DNA from: Candidatus Thorarchaeota archaeon | GTDB lineage: Archaea; Asgardarchaeota; Thorarchaeia; Thorarchaeales; Thorarchaeaceae | DNA: 12,862 nucleotides | Reading direction: 5' to 3' | Assembly: GCA_038893995.1 (NCBI GenBank) | Contig: JAWAQK010000061.1 | Location: 1-12,862, forward strand | Part shown: positions 5,810 to 12,862 of the stretch, in pieces | Numbering within the stretch: the stretch's first letter is position 1 | Layout of the letters: the number at the start of each line of letters is the position of its first letter | Made by a program: the position numbers and the translations under genes | The notes under the pieces: generated by a model | The model's input: only the letters and a program-made list of their open reading frames with translations | Databases searched by the model: none | What the model was told of the DNA's origin: nothing

Positions 5810-7948
5810 TCAGACGTCAATGCTTATTCGTTCACCCGGTCTGGGTAGCATTATCTCGGGAGGTGGTCTCTGCTCCGGCGTGTGGACCATCACCCTCTTG
5901 CCACCACACGACATGATCCACTCCTCGAGCTTTCCTGAGGATGTGTGTGCTGAAAGTCTTGCGTATTCCACCCTGCATGCATGGCTCTCCAGTCCCTTGA
6001 GTAAGTTCCAGCCTGGTGTCCGAGGTGCAAGGTAACCACACAGGATCACGGCGGCATCAGGGTCGTTTCGGTATTCCTGGAATGTCGACCAGGCAAGACC
6101 TCCGCTCATCATACCGCCACCACTCACGAGCACGTCCTCCCTTTCGAGTGTCACCTTGTTCTTCTTGATGGCAGACCATCTGCCGCTGAGACCGCACACC
6201 TTTGTCACTCTGTCGGCCATTCCTGCTACTATGACATTTCTGCTCCCTGTGATGCCCATCCTCTCAAGCATCAGGAGGATCTCCTGAGCCCTGCCCACAG
6301 CAAAGCTGGGAATGATGACTGGTCCGTGGTCGGCAATGACCTCGGCAATCTGACCGGCCGCCCGGTCCCTGTCGAAGTCTTCGCGTTGCCAGTATGTTCC
6401 GTCGTAGATGGTCAGGTCACAGTCAGTGGGAAGGCTGGCCCCCTCGAACAGTGCGGAGCGCTCAGCATTGAAGTCGCCCGTATAGAGGATCCTCACCCCC
6501 TCTATGTCGATGATGAAGCCAGCGCTCCCCGGTATGTGAGACGCCGGTATGGGTGTGACCATGATACCGCCAGCCAGCTCGGCGGTCTTCCCATATTCGA
6601 GACTGACGTGTGAGTCCATGACCCTCCTCAGACTGGCTGCGCTGACCCCTCGCACAGGTTCCTCTGGCGGGATACGACCAGACGAGGTTGGCATCCCCAC
6701 CCTCATTGCGTCATCGAGTAGTATCGAGGATATTGGGCCAGTCAGCCCGACCGAGCACCAGTTGCCTCGATAGGTCTCGTACAGGATGGGTAGTCCTCCC
6801 ACATGGTCGAGATGGGCATGACTCACGAGCACACAGTCGACCATCTCGATCTCCGGAATCCAGCGTGGCACTCTCAGATTTGCCACAGACAGACCATAGT
6901 CCATCAGTATGCACGCCGTGTCAGTCCTGACCAGTATTCCGCTTCGTCCAATCTCTGTGCCAGCGAGGAAGAATACCTCGATCCTTCTGGTCTTTCTCGA
7001 GTAGACGACTGAACCCAGGAGACTCTTCCTCAGCCTGTCAGGGACCAACTCAAGGACTATCGTGTTCGAGAGCTCGATGGCCGGTGGTGCAGGCAGCCGG
7101 TGGAGATTGATGGGTAGGACGGAGCCGGGTCCCGAGCTGATGCCCTCGCGGATGAATACTCCCTCGACCTTGTCAATGGCATCCTCAACGCTATCTTCAG
7201 ATGTGATCTCTCTCTGAGCATTCGAATAGGCTCGTCTCAGGCAGGACGCCAGTACCTCCGATGACAGGCTGTCGGGTAGCCATTCTTGCGTCGCCTGCCT
7301 GAGGTCCACATACCTCCTTCCCTCTGTGGCCTCGTCGACGTAGGCCGGATGTCTGACTAGCGTGCTGACTAACCTGAAGTCCTCCTCCTGTAGGACTGAG
7401 TCGATATCAATCCCCGCGGAACGTGCCTCTTCTGCGAGGTCGCTGGGCAGACACAGTGAGATGCCGGTGTAGTCAATCCACTCCCTGACCCTCGACAGGA
7501 ACGGTCTGGGTTGTTCCTCGGAGGCTGCTGACAGGAAGACTATGGCTGACCTGACATGTCTCTCAATCGCGGTACTGTCGCGCCTGGTCGATAGCGAGAT
7601 GCGTACCAGGTATCTGAAGTCCTCCCTATCGTAGACTCCGACCAGGACGCCATAGGTGCAGAAAGATATGCAGTCCCTCAGGGTAGCCTCATCTGCTCCC
7701 CTGGCCTGTTGGAGATAGACGTTCTCCAGGCTCCGATACACATGTTCTCCGGTTGCCAGCCAGGAGGCATCTGCCCCGATGGCATGGCTCAGTGCACACA
7801 CGATCAGTTCTCCGGTCTCTCCAAACAGCCCTCTGAAGTCTGGATGCCTGCGTTCTGTCACACAGGCCAGTGCGTCGCGCAAGAGTCCTGCGATACGTGG
7901 GTTCTTGATCCTGTCAGCCAGGCTCCTCATTCTTTCTACGCTACTCAT
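5810..7948 (-). CDS. Metallo-beta-lactamase / beta-CASP ribonuclease (aCPSF2/YSH1-like) with a ~320-aa unknown N-terminal extension
   Basis: GTEIGRS, MDYG, SHAHLDHVGGLP (HxHxDH), SHIPGSA, YTGDF, DGTY, PSFAVGRAQE, SAH and VH motifs in the C-terminal ~390 aa. Confidence 0.9.
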   Translation of the reverse strand: MSSVERMRSLADRIKNPRIAGLLRDALACVTERRHPDFRGLFGETGELIVCALSHAIGADASWLATGEHVYRSLENVYLQQARGADEATLRDCISFCTYGVLVGVYDREDFRYLVRISLSTRRDSTAIERHVRSAIVFLSAASEEQPRPFLSRVREWIDYTGISLCLPSDLAEEARSAGIDIDSVLQEEDFRLVSTLVRHPAYVDEATEGRRYVDLRQATQEWLPDSLSSEVLASCLRRAYSNAQREITSEDSVEDAIDKVEGVFIREGISSGPGSVLPINLHRLPAPPAIELSNTIVLELVPDRLRKSLLGSVVYSRKTRRIEVFFLAGTEIGRSGILVRTDTACILMDYGLSVANLRVPRWIPEIEMVDCVLVSHAHLDHVGGLPILYETYRGNWCSVGLTGPISSILLDDAMRVGMPTSSGRIPPEEPVRGVSAASLRRVMDSHVSLEYGKTAELAGGIMVTPIPASHIPGSAGFIIDIEGVRILYTGDFNAERSALFEGASLPTDCDLTIYDGTYWQREDFDRDRAAGQIAEVIADHGPVIIPSFAVGRAQEILLMLERMGITGSRNVIVAGMADRVTKVCGLSGRWSAIKKNKVTLEREDVLVSGGGMMSGGLAWSTFQEYRNDPDAAVILCGYLAPRTPGWNLLKGLESHACRVEYARLSAHTSSGKLEEWIMSCGGKRVMVHTPEQRPPPEIMLPRPGERISIDV

Positions 7949-9026
7949 CTATGTAGACCTCCCCAGCGGTCGACGTCGTTCCAGACCTCGCTATTGCAAA
8001 TATTGACTGCCTGCTGTCTCTGAGCGACACACGTCGCGTGACCAGCCCCTCCGATATGAGTGTGGAGAGCGCGTGTCTGACGGTCCTTGCTGGTAACTTC
8101 GTCTCCTCGACAATCTCGCTCTGCGTCATGGAGTCTTGGTACTCGAGTACCTTCAGTACGAGTTTGGCGCTTGGTGGTAGGTCGTGTGGCACACTCTCAG
8201 GGGTCTGCGTTTTCCTCTGCAGCTTGCCCTGCAGCATCGCGACCCTCTCATCAGTCAGCTTCACCACGAGTGCATCGTGAGGAGACCTCATGATCTCTAT
8301 CGCTCTGTCCCTGATTGGTCTTCTTATCTGGCCATCGAGTACTGCCTCTACGGCCGTGCGTGGAGAGATCTCGCCCACTCCAATCCTGGTGGTGTCTGGA
8401 ACAATCAGGGGTCGTCTCATTGGGTTTCCACTGTTCACAGGTACTATGGCCACAACCCTTGCAGAGTTCAGTATGACAGGACCACCTACACTCATGGCGT
8501 AGGCCGTACTGCCTGTCGGAGTCGTGACAATGACTCCGTCAGCAGAGTCCTTCCAGACGCGTTCTCCGTCTATTGTGAGTGAGTAGGTGATCAGTGTAGC
8601 GCTTCTCTTGGCAAAGACCCCTATCTCATTGAGCACTGGAGGCGTCTGCTTTCCCGAGATTGTCGCAACAATTCGGGACCGGCGGTCCACACTCCACCTG
8701 CGTTGGACTATGTCATCAGCGACCGAGCTGAAGTTGTCTGCTGTCACATCGAACAGGAAGTCGGGTTGACCACGTGAGGCGACGGGAAGGATAGGTACTT
8801 CCCGGCTCCCGAGTCTGAGTAGTGTGTAGAGCAGGGTCCGGTCAGAGCCCACAACCAGCAGGAGGTCGACGTCCATGTGCTCCAGAGGTTCCCCGGACTC
8901 CCCTCTCTCTTGACCTATGAACTCATCAAGGACGACATCGACACCCCTCTCTCTGAGGGGAATGGCAATCCTGACCGCGTCCTCTATCATTCCTGCCTCG
9001 TGGCCGGACACGACCCCGACCTTCAA
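7941..9026 (-). CDS. NAD kinase-fold protein fused to a C-terminal winged-helix (MarR-like) DNA-binding domain
   Basis: NAD kinase motifs VLNEI, DGVIVTTPTGSTAYAMSVGGP and LDGQ are present; the GGDGT motif reads GSDRT (8835-8849). The C-terminal LPPSAKLVLKVLEYQDSMTQSEIVEETKLPARTVRHALSTLISEGLV...RDSRQSIF is an archaeal wHTH. Overlaps the RNase start by 8 nt. Confidence 0.9.
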   Translation of the reverse strand: MKVGVVSGHEAGMIEDAVRIAIPLRERGVDVVLDEFIGQERGESGEPLEHMDVDLLLVVGSDRTLLYTLLRLGSREVPILPVASRGQPDFLFDVTADNFSSVADDIVQRRWSVDRRSRIVATISGKQTPPVLNEIGVFAKRSATLITYSLTIDGERVWKDSADGVIVTTPTGSTAYAMSVGGPVILNSARVVAIVPVNSGNPMRRPLIVPDTTRIGVGEISPRTAVEAVLDGQIRRPIRDRAIEIMRSPHDALVVKLTDERVAMLQGKLQRKTQTPESVPHDLPPSAKLVLKVLEYQDSMTQSEIVEETKLPARTVRHALSTLISEGLVTRRVSLRDSRQSIFAIARSGTTSTAGEVYIDE

Positions 9027-9078
9027 TCGTCTATCGCCTCACGCATACTGAGATAGAGATGTCGATGAAAGCCAGTCC

Positions 9079-9085
9079 TATTAAA
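9079..9085 (-). promoter_or_regulatory. Probable TATA box of the NAD kinase-wHTH / RNase operon
   Basis: TTTAATA on the minus strand about 53 nt upstream of TTG 9026. Confidence 0.5.
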
Positions 9086-9099
9086 GGAAACCGAGTCGT

Positions 9100-9151
9100 C
9101 AAATGGCAAAAGTTGCCTGTTGCGCACACATCATGCATGTGTTGCCTGTTG
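9100..9151. promoter_or_regulatory. Two tandem imperfect 23-bp palindromes (consensus CAACAGGCAA-N3-TTGCCTGTTG); candidate operators
   Basis: 9100-9122 CAAATGGCAA-AAG-TTGCCTGTTG and 9129-9151 CATCATGCAT-GTG-TTGCCTGTTG. The right half-sites are identical, and the left halves match their reverse complement 8/10 and 7/10. Confidence 0.6.
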
Positions 9152-9159
9152 GAGTTCTG

Positions 9160-9165
9160 TTAAAT
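9160..9165 (+). promoter_or_regulatory. Probable TATA box of nadA
   Basis: TTAAAT about 36 nt upstream of ATG 9201. Confidence 0.45.
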
Positions 9166-9200
9166 GGGATTCTACCCAGTGCTCACTTGGTGCATCGTCT

Positions 9201-10160
9201 ATGAGACACAGGTCAAGGGCAGAGGGACTTCAGAAGACGGTCCTGAGGCTCAAGCGAGAGAACAATGCGCTGATCCTTGCCCACAACTATCAGCCTATCG
9301 AGATACAGCAGGTTGCTGACTTTGTGGGCGACTCACTTGAACTGGCGCGTCAGTCTGCCTCAGTGAACTCCTACGACGTCGTTGTGTTCGCCGGGGTCCG
9401 GTTCATGGCTGAGGTTGCAGCGATCCTGTCAGAGAAGACCCCCGTCTATCTGCCGAGACCTGACACACTCTGTCCGCTCGCGTCATGGCTGACTCCTGAG
9501 AAGGTCAGGGCCAAGAGGACAGAGTATCCCGATGTGCCCGTCGTCGTCTATGTGAACACCACTGCAGAGGTCAAGGCAGAGGCTGATGCCATATGCACGT
9601 CTGGCAATGCTATCCAGGTCATAGAGTCGCTCGATGCCGACACAGTACTGTTTGGTCCCGATGCCAGTCTCGCCGAGTATGTCCGGCGGCGGTCACATGT
9701 GCGCGTGATCGATCTGGAACCGCTCGGTCACTGCTACGTCCATCGCAGATTCAAGAGTGAGGACATCCTTGCCCTCAAGAGGTCATTCCCCGATGCAAGA
9801 GTCATAGCGCATCCAGAATGTGACGTCGATGTACAGGACATTGCAGACTACGTGTGCTCGACGGGGAGTATGGCGAGAGTGATCTCTGAGAGTCGTTTTG
9901 GACGCTTCATAGTGGCCACTGAGATCGGAATGGTTGAGCAGCTGAGGTCCATGTTTCCTGAGCGCGAGATAATGGCTGCAATGCCGGATGCGGTGTGCCT
10001 GCAGATGAAGAAGAACACGCTTGACGGAATAGTCCATGTACTACGGCACAGACCGCCCGAGAATCTGGTCACAGTTCCGCATGAGGTCGCTCAGCGTGTC
10101 AGAGTACTGATCGATAAGATGACCCAGACCGTCGCGTCTGCACCGGCGATGCGGTCATGA
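9201..10160 (+). CDS. nadA: Quinolinate synthase A
   Basis: LAHNYQ, DFVGDS, GVRFMAE, YVNT, HPEC and three 4Fe-4S cysteines (CPLA, HCYVH, CLQMK). The start is re-called at ATG 9201 because the 9120 extension overlaps the promoter and operators. Confidence 0.96.
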   Translation: MRHRSRAEGLQKTVLRLKRENNALILAHNYQPIEIQQVADFVGDSLELARQSASVNSYDVVVFAGVRFMAEVAAILSEKTPVYLPRPDTLCPLASWLTPEKVRAKRTEYPDVPVVVYVNTTAEVKAEADAICTSGNAIQVIESLDADTVLFGPDASLAEYVRRRSHVRVIDLEPLGHCYVHRRFKSEDILALKRSFPDARVIAHPECDVDVQDIADYVCSTGSMARVISESRFGRFIVATEIGMVEQLRSMFPEREIMAAMPDAVCLQMKKNTLDGIVHVLRHRPPENLVTVPHEVAQRVRVLIDKMTQTVASAPAMRS

Positions 10161-10823
10161 TGCCAACACGGATGAGCTGCATGTGCCTGTTATGATTGGA
10201 ACGGTCTCCGACAGGCGATGTACGACTGGACCCGAGTGACCCGCCCTGCGAAAGTCTTCCTCGCTGAAGATGCCCGTGAGCCCGATGAATCTGCAGAAGC
10301 CTCTCGATCTCTCAAAGTCCTTCAGAGAGTCCCCCACGAAGACGACCCTCTCGAGTCGTATCCTGTGTGTGTTGGCAACATACCTGAAGTGGTCTGCGCC
10401 CTTCTCAAAACCAGGCCTGTAGCCCATCACGTCCCTTATTAGCTGAACAAGACTGACCCGCCTGAAGTACTCGCGGATCGTACTCTCGAAGGTGGACGAT
10501 GAAACGAATACGAGTACGCCTGCGCGATTGAGTGCCTCCAGAGTAGGCCTCGTGTCCGGGAACAGTTTCTGTTCGTATATTCTCTCGATCTTCAGCCTCT
10601 CGAACTCCTCGACTGCGGCACGATTCCGGGGGTCCCCGGGGAAGTTGACCTCTATCTGGTGCTCATACGGGAGCCCAGTGGTAGTCCTGTATCGCTGAGT
10701 CGCGTCCTCGAACGTCACTCCGTAGTGCCTCGTCATGACGTCCACACCAATGGACTCCAGGAATCCCATGCTGTCGGCAAGTGTCCCGTCAAAGTCGAAT
10801 ATGACCGCATCGAAGGAATTCAA
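10155..10823 (-). CDS. HAD-superfamily hydrolase (subfamily IA, phosphoglycolate phosphatase-like)
   Basis: Motif I FDFDGTLADS, motif II VSSS, motif III K (FEKG), motif IV VGDSLKD. Convergent with nadA, with a 6-nt overlap. Confidence 0.92.
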   Translation of the reverse strand: MNSFDAVIFDFDGTLADSMGFLESIGVDVMTRHYGVTFEDATQRYRTTTGLPYEHQIEVNFPGDPRNRAAVEEFERLKIERIYEQKLFPDTRPTLEALNRAGVLVFVSSSTFESTIREYFRRVSLVQLIRDVMGYRPGFEKGADHFRYVANTHRIRLERVVFVGDSLKDFERSRGFCRFIGLTGIFSEEDFRRAGHSGPVVHRLSETVPIITGTCSSSVLAS

Positions 10824-10972
10824 TAAGCATTACTCCCGTGCGAAGTTGTCCGCTGCAACAGTCGGGAATGCTTTAGGAGCTTTTTGGTAGTGCGAGACTG
10901 ATACGAACGAGTAACTATTTTTATGGAAGTGTCGGCATTCTTAGTCAGATTGGGCAGCAAGGTGGACCGTGT

Positions 10973-11548
10973 ATGGGAAGGTCAGAGAGGCTCGATGTTG
11001 CATCCCTCTTCAGAGGGACCATCTCGGTGGCGCTATTGGTCGAGGTCGTCACCGGCATCATGATGCTCGGATCTGCAGCGGCATTCGTCATAAGCCGCTC
11101 AGGTCTGACACAGGTTGTCAACGAGGAAACGGCAGGTATCCTTCTCCTAGTTGGCGGGGTCATCACACTGATGTTCTTCCTCCTGACGATCAGTTTCTTT
11201 GTACGCGTGAGCAGAAGGATTGGCAGGATGGCCATATGGGATGGCAGTGCGGAGGTCGACCTGAAGCGTCCTGCAGCCAAGGCCGTTGTGACAATCTACG
11301 GGTCCGCCATAGGACTGGTCGTCATAATCGGGATGTATCTGTTCTACCTATTCTACAAGAACTACCTGCGGGAGATGGCGACGACATCGCTCAGCGTATT
11401 TGGTTTCTCAATTTCCCTGGCCGTGTTCCTCTTAGCCCTACTGCTTCAGCTTGTCGTGATAGTGATCGGACGTAGTGCGGCAAAGGTGATACGAACGGTC
11501 CTGGCCGAGGATGGGACCTCCGCAGAGAGGACAGCTGATGGGCAATAG
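10973..11548 (+). CDS. Hypothetical 4-TM membrane protein
   Basis: 191 aa with four hydrophobic segments in two hairpins; AAGGTGG SD-like element upstream. Confidence 0.85.
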   Translation: MGRSERLDVASLFRGTISVALLVEVVTGIMMLGSAAAFVISRSGLTQVVNEETAGILLLVGGVITLMFFLLTISFFVRVSRRIGRMAIWDGSAEVDLKRPAAKAVVTIYGSAIGLVVIIGMYLFYLFYKNYLREMATTSLSVFGFSISLAVFLLALLLQLVVIVIGRSAAKVIRTVLAEDGTSAERTADGQ

Positions 11549-11567
11549 TAGTAGTTAGAGACTCGAG

Positions 11568-11801
11568 TCATAGTGCCCTGTTGTCACGAAGCAACTGGAC
11601 CTTTATCACCGCGGACTCGAGGATGAACTCGTCGGGCTCCTCCCTCTCCTGGTGCTTGATGACGATGAGATTATCGCCGACCCCTGATATGAACCCCTCA
11701 GAGAGGATCGTCATTGGCGCACCAATCAGCCTCACTCTCGCACGGGTCCTCATTGCCTCCAGGAGCACGTCGTGTAGAGTACGTTTCTCCTGACCTTGCA
11801 T
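11568..11801 (-). CDS. Small protein, possibly Sm/LSm-like fold
   Basis: 77 aa: an N-terminal helix (LHDVLLEAMR), then strands VRLI, EGFISGVGDNLIVI and FILESAVIKVQL, resembling the Sm1/Sm2 layout. Confidence 0.6.
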   Translation of the reverse strand: MQGQEKRTLHDVLLEAMRTRARVRLIGAPMTILSEGFISGVGDNLIVIKHQEREEPDEFILESAVIKVQLLRDNRAL

Positions 11802-11907
11802 GGTACATCATTGGTACCAGGGGAGATTAACTCTTCGCCAGGATCGAGTATGTCTGACACAATGGGATGAGCAGGGATGGACGTGGTCGCCATCCCTCTA
11901 CTCTCTA

Positions 11908-12862
11908 TCACACAATGTTGAGGCTCTTGCCTATCTTCTCGTAGGCCCTCAGAGCAACATCGAGGTGCTCGCGGGTCAGTCCGGAGTTCATGATGTTCCT
12001 GATACGGGCCTTATCACGAGCGACCATCGGATAGACGATTGGCAGGGCGAGTATGCCCTCCTTGTACAGCCCCTCGCTGAGGGCGACTGCCTTTGCGCTG
12101 TCTCCGACCATCGCAGGCACGATCGGTGTCTGACTCATTCCAATGTCGTATCCTATCTGTTTCAGTCCCTTCACGAAATACTCCCGGTTTGACCACAGTG
12201 TCTTGACATGCTCCTCTTCTGTCTCGAGTACATCAATTGCGGCTATGCAGGCTGCTGCGGTCGCCGGTGGATGAGACGCACTCAACAGCCATGACCTGCT
12301 CTTGTTCAGTGCGTAGTTCACCATGTCTCGGCTGCCTGAGACGTGTCCACCCATCACGCCGAATGCCTTTGAGAATGTGCCCATCTCGAAGTGCACATCC
12401 TTGTGCGTCAGCTTGAAGTGTGACACTATACCCCGTCCACCCTTTCCGAGTACAGCCTCTCCGTGAGCGTCGTCCACGTATATCATCGCACCGTGCTCTC
12501 TTCCAAGCTTGACGATCTTGTCCAGCGGAGCAATGTCACCATCCATTGAGAAGACCCCGTCCGTGATTATCAATATCCTTCGGGGGTTCTCCTTCTCCAC
12601 TTCTGCAAGTACCCTCTCCAGGTCTGCCATATCACGGTGCTTGTAGACGTACCTCGTCGCCTTTGTCAGCCTCACACCGTCAATGATGCTCCCGTGATTC
12701 AGCTCATCTGAGATGATAGCATCACCCTGATCAACGAGCTGGGGAATCAGCCCCTCATTCGCAGTGAAGCCGGCCGAGTAAGTCAGTGAGGCCTCAGCTC
12801 CCTTGAACTTTGCCAGTCTTCTCTCGAGCTCCAAGTGAAGGTCCATCGTACCGGCGATTGCC
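11908..12862 (-). CDS. kbl: Glycine C-acetyltransferase (2-amino-3-ketobutyrate CoA ligase) / BioF-family PLP enzyme, 5' partial
   Basis: SDELNHGSIIDG, TDGVFSMDGD, VDDAHG and GTFSKAFG (PLP lysine). The frame stays open to the window edge (AIAGTMDLH), so the true start lies beyond 12862. kbl and bioF cannot be fully separated from sequence alone. Confidence 0.88.
   Translation of the reverse strand, partial: AIAGTMDLHLELERRLAKFKGAEASLTYSAGFTANEGLIPQLVDQGDAIISDELNHGSIIDGVRLTKATRYVYKHRDMADLERVLAEVEKENPRRILIITDGVFSMDGDIAPLDKIVKLGREHGAMIYVDDAHGEAVLGKGGRGIVSHFKLTHKDVHFEMGTFSKAFGVMGGHVSGSRDMVNYALNKSRSWLLSASHPPATAAACIAAIDVLETEEEHVKTLWSNREYFVKGLKQIGYDIGMSQTPIVPAMVGDSAKAVALSEGLYKEGILALPIVYPMVARDKARIRNIMNSGLTREHLDVALRAYEKIGKSLNIV

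Noticed and set aside
5810-7948. Beta-CASP nuclease as a CRISPR ancillary effector
   Set aside because: No CARF/SAVED motif recognised, 5 kb from the array, and embedded in a housekeeping operon.
9120-9200. N-terminal extension of nadA in the ORF track
   Set aside because: It overlaps the operators and TATA box, and NadA similarity starts after ATG 9201.
764-12196. Remaining short antisense or alternative-frame ORFs in the track (e.g. 1337-1960, 3748-4221, 8184-8582, 10969-11475, 11800-12192)
   Set aside because: They lie wholly or mostly within better-supported genes, lack motifs and are expected in GC-rich coding DNA.

Overview
Archaeal chromosomal window, most consistent with Asgard archaea (Thorarchaeia-like): it has a longin/small-GTPase fusion, TATA-type promoters, GGTGA/GGAGGT Shine-Dalgarno sites and frequent TTG starts. 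It opens with the trailer end of a CRISPR array (37-bp repeat ending ATTGAAAG; no cas genes in the window). The array is interrupted by a 358-nt, lower-GC 'giant spacer' carrying two overlapping ORFs and then continues as two degenerate repeats, the last abutting the start of a membrane-protein gene. Next come tRNA-Cys(GCA) with an atypical D/T-loop, a LURP-one/scramblase-like gene, a small hypothetical gene, a longin-Arf-like GTPase-longin-wHTH-wHTH fusion, and a beta-CASP RNase with a long N-terminal extension. That RNase gene is coupled to an NAD-kinase-fold/wHTH fusion with an altered GGDG motif, which lies divergent from nadA across two tandem 23-bp palindromic operators. The window ends with a HAD phosphatase, a 4-TM protein, an Sm-like small protein and a partial kbl/BioF-family gene. 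The two strongest candidates for undescribed biology are the gene-carrying CRISPR spacer and the putative NAD-sensing kinase-fold transcription factor with its operators.
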